Origin: an uncultured Gemmatimonadales bacterium
GTDB taxonomy: Bacteria; Gemmatimonadota; Gemmatimonadetes; Longimicrobiales; RSA9
Length of the DNA: 64,000 nucleotides
Assembly: GCA_963783305.1 (NCBI GenBank)
Contig: CAWAMW010000016.1
Coordinates: forward strand, 544,001 to 608,000
Direction of reading: 5' to 3'
The position numbers and the translations under genes were made by a program. This document shows, in pieces, positions 41,374 through 51,026 of the stretch. Under the pieces are notes generated by a model that was not told the DNA's origin, searched no databases, and was given only the letters and a program-made list of their open reading frames with translations. Positions within the stretch are counted from its first letter, which is position 1, and every line of letters starts with the position of its first letter.

Positions 41374-42233
41374 CCGATACACTCTGCATCATCGGCCCCG
41401 GCCGGATGGGGCTCGCGCTGGGCGGTGCGCTGCACCAAGCCGGCGCGCTCGATCACCTCGCCTATCTCGGGCGCTCGCACGATGCGCCGCCTCACCCGTT
41501 GTTCGACGATCCCGGTGTTGGTTATCGAGCCGGAACCGGGCCGATCCCGGAGGGCACCAGCATCCTGATCCTGGCGGTGCCCGATGATGTGCTCCATTCG
41601 GTGGCGAACGAGGTGGCACAGATGGGCCCCGCGCCGCCCGCGTGCGTGGCGCTGCACCTCTCCGGCGCTCTTTCCACCGACGTGCTGGGGCCGCTCCACG
41701 GCGCTGGCTACACCCTCGGATCCCTGCACCCCCTCCAGACCGTGGCCGATCCGTGGTCGGGCGTTGAGCGGCTCCGTGGCTGCGCCTACGCCATCGCCGG
41801 GGAGCCCGCCGCCCTCGCCGCGACCCGTCGGCTCGTGGCCACCCTCGACGGTCACCCCATGGTGATCCCACCCGCGCTGCGCCCCCTGTATCACGCGTCC
41901 GCCGTGTTCGCTTCGAACTACGTGCTGGCGGCGGCGGCGGCGGTGGCGCGGACGCTGGCCGAGGCGGGGATCGACGAGGACGAGGCGGTGCGGGCGGCGC
42001 TGCCGCTCATGCGCGGGACCATGGACAACGTGGAGCAGCTGGGGCTCGGCGCGGCGCTGACGGGTCCCGTGGCACGGGGGGATGTGGACACCGTCCGGTT
42101 GCACCTCTCGCGGTTGTCGCCGCGTGAGCGCCGGCTATATTCGGCGCTGGGACTGGAAACCGTCCAGCTCGCCCGCGCCGTCGGTCTGGATCCGGCGCGG
42201 GCGGACGCTCTCGACTCTCTTCTGGCGGAGTGA
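41370..42233 (+). CDS. Rossmann-like + DUF2520 oxidoreductase (PanG-like)
   Basis: [39 protein letters not shown]. Confidence 0.85.
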   Translation: MTDTLCIIGPGRMGLALGGALHQAGALDHLAYLGRSHDAPPHPLFDDPGVGYRAGTGPIPEGTSILILAVPDDVLHSVANEVAQMGPAPPACVALHLSGALSTDVLGPLHGAGYTLGSLHPLQTVADPWSGVERLRGCAYAIAGEPAALAATRRLVATLDGHPMVIPPALRPLYHASAVFASNYVLAAAAAVARTLAEAGIDEDEAVRAALPLMRGTMDNVEQLGLGAALTGPVARGDVDTVRLHLSRLSPRERRLYSALGLETVQLARAVGLDPARADALDSLLAE

Positions 42234-42967
42234 TGCGGCTCCATATCAACATCGACCACGTAGCGACCGTGCGTCAGGCGCGGCGCACGGATGAGCCGGA
42301 CCCGGTGAGGGCGGCGGTCCTCGTCGAGCAGGGCGGCGCGGACGGGATCACGGTTCACCTGCGGGAAGATCGGCGCCACATCCAGGACCGGGACGTCCGA
42401 CTGCTGATGGAGACGGTGCGGTCGGGCGTCAACCTGGAAATCGCCGCGACGGAGGAGATGACCGAGCTGGCGGTGGAACTGATGCCGATGTGTGTCACGC
42501 TCGTGCCGGAGCGGCGGGAGGAAGTGACGACCGAGGGCGGTCTCTCCCTGGCGGACGGGGGGGGCGCCCGGATCCGAGCGGTCCTGGACCGACTCCGTGG
42601 CACCCCCGTGAAGACCGCGTTGTTCGTCGATCCGGAGCCCGACACGCTGCGCACTGCGCTCGACATGGGTGCCGACGCCGTGGAGCTGCACACCGGCGAG
42701 TACGCCAACCGCTGGCGTGCCGGCCGCGGCGCCCCGGAGGAGCTGACTCGCCTGCGGCGGGCGGCGGCGCTCGGACGCTCGCTCGGGCTGGACGTGCACG
42801 CCGGGCACGGGCTCACCTACGAGAACGTGAGGCCCGTCGCCGCCGTGGCGGAGATCGAAGAGCTGAACATCGGTCACAGCGTCATCAGTCGCTCGATCTT
42901 CGTGGGGGTGGAGCGTGCCGTCGCCGAGATGAGGAGCCTGCTGCGGGAGGCGCGAGCTACCGGGTGA
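42233..42967 (+). CDS. pdxJ: pyridoxine 5'-phosphate synthase
   Basis: [42 protein letters not shown]. Confidence 0.95.
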   Translation: MRLHINIDHVATVRQARRTDEPDPVRAAVLVEQGGADGITVHLREDRRHIQDRDVRLLMETVRSGVNLEIAATEEMTELAVELMPMCVTLVPERREEVTTEGGLSLADGGGARIRAVLDRLRGTPVKTALFVDPEPDTLRTALDMGADAVELHTGEYANRWRAGRGAPEELTRLRRAAALGRSLGLDVHAGHGLTYENVRPVAAVAEIEELNIGHSVISRSIFVGVERAVAEMRSLLREARATG

Positions 42968-43497
42968 TGAACCGCGTCCGCAGCTTCTTCTTCGAGGAAG
43001 CCGGTGAGTGCATGGCCGACCTTCGACGGGAGCTGGCGAGGGAGCCGCTGGACCCGGCGGCGGTCCACGGGATCGTACGGCGGTTTCGGGGCAGCGCGGA
43101 CATGGCGCGGTTCGGCGCCCTGACGGCGCAGGTCCGGGAGATCGAGATATGGCTGCGTGACCGGGCGACGGCGCCCGTGGCCGCGGGATCCGCGGAATCG
43201 GTGAGGAGTCGCGTGCGTCACGTGATGGGATCGTTCGAACGAGAGCTGACTGAGATTCGCGAGGGACGACAGGAGGAGGACCCGAGAATGGAGGACGGGA
43301 TGACGGAGGCCGAAACGGACGGGGGGCAGGGCGGCGGGGAGGTCGTGCCTGTCGAGACGTTGGAGTACCAGGGCGCGGCGGCCATCGAGCGGGCCCTGTC
43401 GCTGCGCGAGGCGCTGGAGGACGCGATCGTTGCCGATGAGCCGGCGGGACCGATCCTGGACGAGTTGTACGATCTGATCCGTCTCGGCACGCGGTGA
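42967..43497 (+). CDS. Hpt-like helical protein lacking the canonical His
   Basis: FFEEAGE...VRRFRGSADMARF resembles the Hpt H-box; overlaps neighbours at both ends. Confidence 0.6.
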   Translation: MNRVRSFFFEEAGECMADLRRELAREPLDPAAVHGIVRRFRGSADMARFGALTAQVREIEIWLRDRATAPVAAGSAESVRSRVRHVMGSFERELTEIREGRQEEDPRMEDGMTEAETDGGQGGGEVVPVETLEYQGAAAIERALSLREALEDAIVADEPAGPILDELYDLIRLGTR

Positions 43498-44552
43498 CCG
43501 ACGGCGGCAAAAGCCCCGCCGGCCGGAGCCTCCTCGACTGGAAGGCCGTGTTGGGGGTGCTCATCAGCGCAGGACTCCTCTGGTACGCCTTCCGCGATGT
43601 CCACGTGGCCGAGATCTGGTCACGGATCCGGCAGGCGAATCTGCCCCTGCTCCTTCTTTCCTCGGTCGTGGTCACGCTGCCGTTTCCGCTCCGGGCACTG
43701 AGGTGGCGGCCGCTGCTCGAGCCCGCCCTTCCGCATAGCCGTTTCCGCTCTCGCTATGCCGCCACCTGCATCGGCTTCATGGCCAACAACCTGCTGCCCG
43801 CGCGCGTGGGTGAGTTCGCCCGGGCCTTCGCCCTGAGCCGACTCGAGCCCGTCTCGGTATCCGCGTCGTTCGGCTCCCTGGTCGTGGAGCGGATGTTCGA
43901 TGGGGTCGTCGTCGTGCTGTTTCTGCTCATCGCCCTTGCCTGGCCTACCTTCCCCGACGTCTCCGGACGTGATTTCAGCGGAATCGCCTTCTGGATGGCC
44001 GGCGTGCTGCTGGTGCTCTTCGCCATCATGCTCGCCCTGGTCATCCGGCCAGAGCGATCGGTGCGGTGGTTCGAGCGCGCGGCGGGGATCCTGCCCCGCG
44101 GAGTCCGCAGGAGGGTGGTGGATGCCCTCGAAGCATTCCTCGAGGGGCTGGCCGCAGTCCGCGAGGGCCGGCTGGTGGTGAAGATCTTCCTCTGGTCGCT
44201 CCTGACCTGGCTGGCGGCGTCGCTCGGCATGTGGTTCGGGCTCCTGGCGTTTGATATCGATGTGCCCTTCGTGGCGGCGCTCTTCCTGAACTCCGTCATC
44301 GCACTCGCCGTGGCGCTTCCTTCGGCGCCCGGATTCTTCGGCGTATATGAGGCGGCCGCACGCATCGGACTGGTCGAGGTCTGGGGCGTCGCGTCGTCGC
44401 CCGCCCTCGCCTTCGCCATCGGGTTCCACATGGCCGGTTTCGTCCCCATCACGGTCATGGGGCTGTACTACCTGTGGCGGCTGGGCATATCGTGGCGGGA
44501 CGTGGGTCGGAGCGAGGACTCGGTAGAGACCGCGGTGGAGGACGGAAGATGA
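43494..44552 (+). CDS. lysylphosphatidylglycerol synthase TM-domain (flippase-like) protein
   Basis: RALRW, NNLLPARVGE..R, ERMFD, PSAPG..G.YE; multi-TM. Confidence 0.85.
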   Translation: MTDGGKSPAGRSLLDWKAVLGVLISAGLLWYAFRDVHVAEIWSRIRQANLPLLLLSSVVVTLPFPLRALRWRPLLEPALPHSRFRSRYAATCIGFMANNLLPARVGEFARAFALSRLEPVSVSASFGSLVVERMFDGVVVVLFLLIALAWPTFPDVSGRDFSGIAFWMAGVLLVLFAIMLALVIRPERSVRWFERAAGILPRGVRRRVVDALEAFLEGLAAVREGRLVVKIFLWSLLTWLAASLGMWFGLLAFDIDVPFVAALFLNSVIALAVALPSAPGFFGVYEAAARIGLVEVWGVASSPALAFAIGFHMAGFVPITVMGLYYLWRLGISWRDVGRSEDSVETAVEDGR

Positions 44553-45454
44553 GGATTACCATCGCGGCCCCGGCGAAGGTCAACCTCTGGCTGCGCGTTG
44601 GGCCGCCGGAGGACTCCGGCTTTCACGCCATCTCGACGCTCTTCTGCGCCCTCGACCTGGCCGATACGGTGGTACTCCGGCGCGCGGCCGGCGTCGACTC
44701 GGCCGGTGTGGACGCCTCGTTCGCCCCTCCGCTGAAGGCGCTTCCGGACCTCGGCCCCCCCGAGCAGAATCTGGCGGTCCGCGCCGCGCGGGCGTTCGTG
44801 GAGCGGGCAGGTCTCGGAACGCCCCCGCACATCGAGCTCGTGAAACGGATTCCCTCGGGCGGTGGTCTGGGCGGCGGGTCCAGCGACGCCGGCGCCGTCC
44901 TGCGGGCCTTGCGTCGGATGCACCCGCGCGTCCTCACCGCCAGCGACCTGATGGAGATCGCGGCGGGGATCGGGAGCGACGTGCCCTTCTTCACCCAGGC
45001 GACGCCGCTGGCGCTGGGCGCAGGCCATGGCGAGCGGCTGACTCCGGTCCCGCCACTGCCCCCGCGGCCCGTTGTGCTCGTCCTCCCGCCGTTCGCCGTG
45101 AGCACCGCCGAGGCCTATCACTGGCTCGATGAAAGCCGCAGGCCGGATGCGAATCTGGATACGGATCGTCGGGATGCCTTCGGCCGGGCGGGGGAGCCGC
45201 CTTGCACCTGGGACCAGGTGGCGGACGCCGCCGTGAACGATTTCGAGAAGCCGGTATTCGATCGACATCCCGATCTGTGCGACATCCGGGAGGCCATGCA
45301 GTCGCTGGGCGCACGACCGGCTCTGCTGGCCGGGAGCGGATCCGCCCTGTTCGGCGTGTTCGCGGCCCCCGACGATGCGGACGCGGCCGTGGCATCTCTC
45401 GAGGCTGAGTATCCCCGGTGTCGGATCCTGCGAACGGGAACCCGGAGCCGCTGA
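44549..45454 (+). CDS. ispE: 4-diphosphocytidyl-2-C-methyl-D-erythritol kinase
   Basis: APAKVNL, KRIP.GGGLGGGSSDA, GSDVPFF, NDFE, GSGS. Confidence 0.93.
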   Translation: MRITIAAPAKVNLWLRVGPPEDSGFHAISTLFCALDLADTVVLRRAAGVDSAGVDASFAPPLKALPDLGPPEQNLAVRAARAFVERAGLGTPPHIELVKRIPSGGGLGGGSSDAGAVLRALRRMHPRVLTASDLMEIAAGIGSDVPFFTQATPLALGAGHGERLTPVPPLPPRPVVLVLPPFAVSTAEAYHWLDESRRPDANLDTDRRDAFGRAGEPPCTWDQVADAAVNDFEKPVFDRHPDLCDIREAMQSLGARPALLAGSGSALFGVFAAPDDADAAVASLEAEYPRCRILRTGTRSR

Positions 45455-45635
45455 AGACAGCGCTCGCCCGGCAGGCCGCTCGCGGGTATGTTTGCTGCGT
45501 CCGGATCGCCGCCGTAGCCGAGGATGGGGTGGCACAAACCGGCAATTTGCGGCCCGCCCCGAGGGCAGTTCCGTCGCAACGGATCCCTGATGGAGCGCCG
45601 CGGGTGTTGCGGGGTAGCGGTAGACCGGCCACCGA

Positions 45636-45706
45636 TCCCCGGTCGTCTAATGGCAGGACGGAGGACTTTGAATCCTCTAATGGTGGTTCGAATCCACCCC
45701 GGGGAA
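45636..45706 (+). tRNA. tRNA-Gln(TTG), CCA not encoded
   Basis: acceptor TCCCCGG/CCGGGGA, anticodon arm GAGGA-CTTTGAA-TCCTC, T arm GGTGG-TTCGAAT-CCACC. Confidence 0.95.
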
Positions 45707-45724
45707 CTTCAACAGGGGGAATAC

Positions 45725-46414
45725 ATGACGCCGATTGGACCCATGAGCTTCAGACGCGGACCCGAGCACATCCGCCGCCAGGTCGAAGTGGCCGCGGCCG
45801 CGGCCTGGGAAGCCCTCGTGGAGTCCCACGCCAGTCACGCACTCCGCTTCGTCGCGCTGATGGCCGCCAGACTCGATTTCGACGAGGCACTCGACCGTTA
45901 CCTGGACGAGCTCGACGTTCGCGATCCCATGGCGGCCGCAGTTCGATCCCGCGTGCTGATCGCCCTCGAGCACGCGATGCGCGAGGCCGAGGACCGGCCG
46001 ACCCTGAGCGCATACGACAGGGAGGGCGACAGGCCGGCCGCCAGCGATGATCGCTCGCACGGGCTGCGCCGGTTCCGACCGGACGTCCTCATGAAGGGGA
46101 TCGCCCGGAAGGTGAAGGAGGGCGAGGAGATTGACGAGTGGATCCGGCTGGCGGTGGCGCGGGCGGAGGAAGGGGTCATCCGTGCCCACGTCGACAACGC
46201 GGTCGTGTTCGTGGCGGTGCTTCAGGGCCACGAGCCGCTGCACGAGGCCGTGGACGACTACCTGGAGATCATGCGGGTTTCCGGTGGCCGTGCACAATCG
46301 GTCCACCAGCGGACGATGGCCCGTCTGTCCGACATCCACCTCCCGCAGGACGAAGAGGAGTGGGATCAGGGCGCGGGCGCAGGCGCAGGCGGTGAGGGCG
46401 ATGGGGAGAAGTAA
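45725..46414 (+). CDS. hypothetical protein with two internal ~64-aa repeats
   Basis: AGGGGGA RBS; ungapped internal duplication, 19/64 identical. Confidence 0.75.
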   Translation: MTPIGPMSFRRGPEHIRRQVEVAAAAAWEALVESHASHALRFVALMAARLDFDEALDRYLDELDVRDPMAAAVRSRVLIALEHAMREAEDRPTLSAYDREGDRPAASDDRSHGLRRFRPDVLMKGIARKVKEGEEIDEWIRLAVARAEEGVIRAHVDNAVVFVAVLQGHEPLHEAVDDYLEIMRVSGGRAQSVHQRTMARLSDIHLPQDEEEWDQGAGAGAGGEGDGEK

Positions 46415-46429
46415 TTCGTTGGTCCCCCG

Positions 46430-46458
46430 TTGACCACACAGCGCGACCCCAATACCTT
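46430..46458 (+). promoter_or_regulatory. sigma70-like prs promoter
   Basis: TTGACC-N17-TACCTT. Confidence 0.6.
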
Positions 46459-46499
46459 TCAAGGCTGTAGCGTTTCGGCCGCTGACCGCGAAGAGGCGA

Positions 46500-47450
46500 A
46501 TGGCGAACGAAGGATTTCACGGGCCGATGATGCTTCTCTCGGGAACGGCCAACCGGCCGCTCGCGGAGGAGATCGCGGTGGCGCTGGACATGTCGCTGTC
46601 GGACGCGACCGTTTCACGGTTCGCCGATGGCGAGATCTTCGTGCGGTTGAACGAGAACGCGCGGGGTCGCGATGTTTATATCGTGCAGCCCACGCCGCCG
46701 CCGGCGGAGAACGTGCTGGAGCTGCTGCTGCTGACGGACGCGGCGAAGCGGGCGTCGGCGGCGCGGGTCACGGCGGTGATGCCGTACTATGGCTACGCGC
46801 GGCAGGACCGAAAGGACCAGCCGCGGGTGGCGATCGGCGCGAAGCTGCTGGCGAACCTGATGGTGGCGGCCGGAGCGGAGCGGGTGCTGGGGATCGATTT
46901 CCACACGCACCAGCTGCAAGGGTTCTTCGATGTGCCGGTGGACCATCTGTACGCGGCCCCGGTGCTGACGCGGTACTTCGAGCAGAAGGCGCTGGGCGAT
47001 GTGGTGGTGGTGGCGCCGGATGTAGGCGCGGCGAAGATGGCGCGCGGGTTCGCTCGTCGGATCGATGCGTCGTTCGCGATCATCGACAAGCGCCGGCCGG
47101 CCCACAACGTGGCCGAGGTGCTGAACATTATTGGTGAGGTGGACGGGAAGCGCTGCATCGTGGTGGACGACATGATCGACACTGCGGGCACGATGACGAG
47201 CGTCATCGAGGCGTTGAAGGAGCGTGGCGCCGAGGAGATTTACGTGGCGGCCACGCATCCTCTATTGTCGGGTCCGGCAGTGGAACGACTGCAGGCGTCT
47301 CCGGCAACGGAGATCATAGTGACGAACACGCTGTACGTTCCGGAGGAGCGGCGGTTCGACAAATTGAAGGTGCTTTCGGTGGCCACGTTACTGGCTCGGG
47401 CGATCCGGTACACGCACTCGAATGAGTCGGTGAGCCAGCTGTTCGATTGA
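46500..47450 (+). CDS. prs: ribose-phosphate pyrophosphokinase
   Basis: FADGE, PYYGYARQDRK, PDVG, DKRR, VDDMIDTAGT. Confidence 0.96.
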   Translation: MANEGFHGPMMLLSGTANRPLAEEIAVALDMSLSDATVSRFADGEIFVRLNENARGRDVYIVQPTPPPAENVLELLLLTDAAKRASAARVTAVMPYYGYARQDRKDQPRVAIGAKLLANLMVAAGAERVLGIDFHTHQLQGFFDVPVDHLYAAPVLTRYFEQKALGDVVVVAPDVGAAKMARGFARRIDASFAIIDKRRPAHNVAEVLNIIGEVDGKRCIVVDDMIDTAGTMTSVIEALKERGAEEIYVAATHPLLSGPAVERLQASPATEIIVTNTLYVPEERRFDKLKVLSVATLLARAIRYTHSNESVSQLFD

Positions 47451-47465
47451 GGAGAAGGAAGAATC

Positions 47466-48167
47466 ATGGCGGAAAATGCCACATTGAAGGCGTCAGTGCG
47501 GGAGGCTACCGGCAAGGGAGTCGCCCGACGCATGCGGCGAGAGGGTCGGATCCCGGCGGTCGTGTACGGCCGTGGTGAGGAGACGTTCCCGCTGTCGCTG
47601 GACGCCCACGACTTCGAGATGCTGGTAAAGAACCACGCGCTCGACACCACGCTGGTGGAGCTGCAGATCGAGGGCGCCGGTGGGAAGAAGGCGAGCAAGG
47701 TGCGGACGCTGGTGGTGGAGGTGCAGTCGCACCCGTACAAGCCGCTGGTCCTGCACGTCGATTTCCAGCAGATCCACGCGGGTGAGAAGGTGACGGTCGA
47801 GGTCCCCATCGACCTGGTCGGCACGGCGGCGGGTGTCCGCGAGGGCGGGGTGCTCCAGCACGTGATGCACGTGGTGGAGGTGGTCTGTGACGTGGACCAG
47901 ATCCCGGAGTCGTTCCAGGTGGACGTGAGCGTACTGGCCATCGGGGACGGGGTACACATCTCCGACCTGGATGTACCGGAGGGCGTGGAAGTCCTGGCGG
48001 ATCCGGAGCGGACGATCTGTACGGTGGCGGCCCCGACGATCCTGGAGCTTCCGGAGGAGGACGAGGAAGAGGCTCTGGAGCCGGAGCTGGTCGGCGAGGC
48101 GGGCGAGGAGCTGGAGGAGGGCGAGGAGCCTTCCGAGGGCGACGAGGCCGAGACCGAAGACGAGTAG
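47466..48167 (+). CDS. rplY: 50S ribosomal protein L25/Ctc
   Basis: GK..ARRMRREG.IPAVVYG, HVDF, GVREGG; acidic tail. Confidence 0.95.
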   Translation: MAENATLKASVREATGKGVARRMRREGRIPAVVYGRGEETFPLSLDAHDFEMLVKNHALDTTLVELQIEGAGGKKASKVRTLVVEVQSHPYKPLVLHVDFQQIHAGEKVTVEVPIDLVGTAAGVREGGVLQHVMHVVEVVCDVDQIPESFQVDVSVLAIGDGVHISDLDVPEGVEVLADPERTICTVAAPTILELPEEDEEEALEPELVGEAGEELEEGEEPSEGDEAETEDE

Positions 48168-48731
48168 GTGAAGGCTATCTGCGGGCTGGGGAATCCTGGC
48201 CCGGAGTACGACGCCACCCGCCACAATGTGGGGTGGTGGCTGGTCGATCGGCTCAGCAGCGAGTGGGGGTTGGGCCCGTTCCAGCGGAACGGGCCCGCTC
48301 TCACGGCTGGTGGTTCGGTGGGTGAGCACGAAGTGGTGCTGCTGAAGCCGCTGACCTTCATGAACAGGAGTGGTGCCGCCCTGGCGCCATTGAGCGAAGA
48401 CCCGTATTTCGACGTTGCGCGAGACCTGCTGCTGGTGGTAGATGACGTAGCCCTGGACGTGGGGCGCGTACGACTGCGACCCTCCGGCAGCACCGGCGGA
48501 CACAATGGACTGAAATCGGTAGAGCTCGCGCTGGGCACGTCGAACTACCCGCGGCTGCGCGTCGGTGTGGGAGAGCCGCCTGCGGGTGTGTCCCTCGTGG
48601 ACTGGGTGCTTTCCGAGTTCGGCCCGGAGGACGAGGCCGAGATCGTCGGACTCCTGTCGGAGCTGACGGATGCGGTCCGGGCGTGGATGGACGAGGGGAT
48701 CGAGGCGGCAATGAGTCGCTACAACCGATGA
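48168..48731 (+). CDS. pth: peptidyl-tRNA hydrolase
   Basis: GLGNPG.EY..TRHNVG, KPLTFMN.SG, GGHNGLKS. Confidence 0.95.
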   Translation: MKAICGLGNPGPEYDATRHNVGWWLVDRLSSEWGLGPFQRNGPALTAGGSVGEHEVVLLKPLTFMNRSGAALAPLSEDPYFDVARDLLLVVDDVALDVGRVRLRPSGSTGGHNGLKSVELALGTSNYPRLRVGVGEPPAGVSLVDWVLSEFGPEDEAEIVGLLSELTDAVRAWMDEGIEAAMSRYNR

Positions 48732-48749
48732 ACCAACTGGAGGCATAGA

Positions 48750-50882
48750 GTGACCGAACTGGTAGCGTGGACACAGTGGGCACCATTGCTCGGAGTCCTT
48801 GGTCTTCTGGTCGCATTGGGACTCTACTTCTACGTACGGAGCCAGTCGTCGGGCACTGATCTGATGCGGGACCTGGCGGAGCAGATCCATGATGGCGCCA
48901 TGGCCTTCCTGCGTCGCGAGTACTCGGTGCTGGCGGCGTTCGTGGCGGTGGTGGCGCTTCTCCTCTGGTGGGCGATCGGCGGATACACGTCGCTGGCGTA
49001 TGTGTCGGGTGCGCTGAGCTCGGTCGCGGCCGGGTTCTTCGGGATGAAGGCGGCGACGCGGGCGAACGTGCGGACGTCGGCCGCGGCGTCGGAGTCGGGG
49101 CAGGGCAAGGCGTTGCGTGTGGCCTTTTTCGGTGGCTCCGTCATGGGTCTCTCGGTGGCGGCACTGGGTCTGGTCGGCATCGGTGCCTGGTACTTCATCT
49201 TCGGCGCGCAGTCGATCACCGGTGCCGACTTCCGCTACTTCGCGGAGGTGGTCAGCGGATACGCCATGGGCGCGAGCACGATTGCGCTGTTCGCCCGTGT
49301 GGGTGGCGGGATCTACACGAAGGCGGCGGACGTGGGCGCCGACCTGGTAGGGAAGGTCGAGGCTGGGATCCCGGAGGATGATCCGCGGAACCCGGCGACC
49401 ATCGCCGACAACGTCGGCGACAACGTGGGTGACGTGGCCGGCATGGGCGCGGACATCTTCGAGAGCTACGTGGGCAGCGTGATCGCGACCATCGCCATCG
49501 GCGCGACCAGCGCCATGTTCGCCGCGAACCGGGCGGAGGCGGTGGCGCTTCCGCTGCTGACCATCATGCTCGGCCTGGTCGCTTCCCTCGTCGGGATCGC
49601 GCTCATGAAGGCGTTCGAGCGCAGCAACCCGGCCAACGCGCTGCGGAACGTGACGCTGATCGCGGCGGCGCTCTTCCTCGGCATGGTCTGGTTCGCCGTG
49701 AGCGGCATGGGCTTTGAGCTGTTCGACGAGGCTACCGCTCGCGCGTACTCGCCCATGGGGCCGTTCTGGGCCATCCTGGCCGGCACCGTGGTGGGCGTGT
49801 TGATCGGCCTGGTTACGGAGTACTATACGGCCTCCAAGCCGATCCGCAGGATTGCGCAGGCGAGCGAGACCGGCCCGGCGACGAACATCATCAGCGGGCT
49901 CGCCGTGGGCATGGAGTCCACGGTGGTCCCGGTGCTGCTGATCGCCCTCGCGATCGGTGTTTCGTACTTCTTCGCCGGGCTTTACGGGATCGGGATCGCG
50001 GCGGTGGGCATGCTGGCGACGGTGGGTGTCACCATGTCGGTGGACGCCTACGGCCCGATCGCCGACAATGCCGGCGGCATCAGCGAGATGAGCGGCCTCG
50101 GCCCGAAGGTCCGGGCCATCACGGACAGCCTCGACTCCATCGGCAACACGACGGCCGCCATGGGGAAGGGCTTCGCCATCGGGTCCGCGGCGCTCACGGC
50201 GCTCGCGCTGTTCAGCGCTTACACTGCCGCCGTGGGGCTACAGGCGACCGGGCTGGACATCCTGAACCCCGAGGTCACCATCGGGCTGCTGATTGGCGGC
50301 ACGCTGCCGTTCTTCATCGCGGCCCTGACCATGACCGCCGTGGGCCGGGCGGCCGCCGGAATGGTGGAGGAAGTGCGGCGGCAGTTCCGTGAGATCCCGG
50401 GAATCATGGACGGGACGGGGAAGCCGGACAGTGCCAGGTGTGTGGATATCTCCACGCGTGCGGCGCTGCGGGAAATGATCCTGCCGGGATTCGTAGCTGT
50501 CCTGGCACCCGTAGTGGTCGGCTACTTCAGCATCCTCGCCCTGGGTGGCATGCTGGCGGGCGCAACGGTGACGGGCGTGCTCATGGCTCTCTTCATGGCG
50601 AACGCCGGTGGCGCGTGGGACAACGCGAAGAAGTACATCGAGGGCGGCGCCCACGGGGGCAAGGGCTCCGATCCTCACAAGGCGGCAGTGGTGGGCGACA
50701 CGGTGGGCGATCCGTTCAAGGACACGTCGGGCCCGTCGCTCAACATTCTGATCAAGCTCATGAGCGTGGTGTCCCTGGTGCTGGCGCCGTGGTTCGCCCG
50801 CATTCACGGCACGGTGGGCGATGTGGAAGCGGCGTCGCTCATGGACGGTGTGCGGCATATGCTGGGAGCCCTCTTCGGCTGA
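48750..50882 (+). CDS. hppA: membrane pyrophosphatase, predicted K+-dependent Na+-translocating
   Basis: [47 protein letters not shown]. Confidence 0.93.
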   Translation: MTELVAWTQWAPLLGVLGLLVALGLYFYVRSQSSGTDLMRDLAEQIHDGAMAFLRREYSVLAAFVAVVALLLWWAIGGYTSLAYVSGALSSVAAGFFGMKAATRANVRTSAAASESGQGKALRVAFFGGSVMGLSVAALGLVGIGAWYFIFGAQSITGADFRYFAEVVSGYAMGASTIALFARVGGGIYTKAADVGADLVGKVEAGIPEDDPRNPATIADNVGDNVGDVAGMGADIFESYVGSVIATIAIGATSAMFAANRAEAVALPLLTIMLGLVASLVGIALMKAFERSNPANALRNVTLIAAALFLGMVWFAVSGMGFELFDEATARAYSPMGPFWAILAGTVVGVLIGLVTEYYTASKPIRRIAQASETGPATNIISGLAVGMESTVVPVLLIALAIGVSYFFAGLYGIGIAAVGMLATVGVTMSVDAYGPIADNAGGISEMSGLGPKVRAITDSLDSIGNTTAAMGKGFAIGSAALTALALFSAYTAAVGLQATGLDILNPEVTIGLLIGGTLPFFIAALTMTAVGRAAAGMVEEVRRQFREIPGIMDGTGKPDSARCVDISTRAALREMILPGFVAVLAPVVVGYFSILALGGMLAGATVTGVLMALFMANAGGAWDNAKKYIEGGAHGGKGSDPHKAAVVGDTVGDPFKDTSGPSLNILIKLMSVVSLVLAPWFARIHGTVGDVEAASLMDGVRHMLGALFG

Positions 50883-50943
50883 GGCCGGTCGGCTCTCGGG
50901 CTGCGGGGATCGGGCTCCGAGAGGGGCCCGATCCTGCACGTTG

Positions 50944-50976
50944 ATGGCCCCGCTACGTGTGGGGCCGTTTTCGTTT
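50944..50976 (+). terminator. intrinsic terminator after hppA
   Basis: ATGGCCCCGC...GTGGGGCCGT + TTTCGTTT; a second hairpin lies at about 50907-50933. Confidence 0.7.
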
Positions 50977-51026
50977 GGACCGCGGTGGGCAGGGGTCTGG
51001 CGATCAACGATAGACGAAGGAGCGGT

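Noticed and set aside
45636..46414. tRNA-targeted genomic island
   Set aside because: No integrase, no duplicated tRNA 3' end, and no obvious compositional shift.
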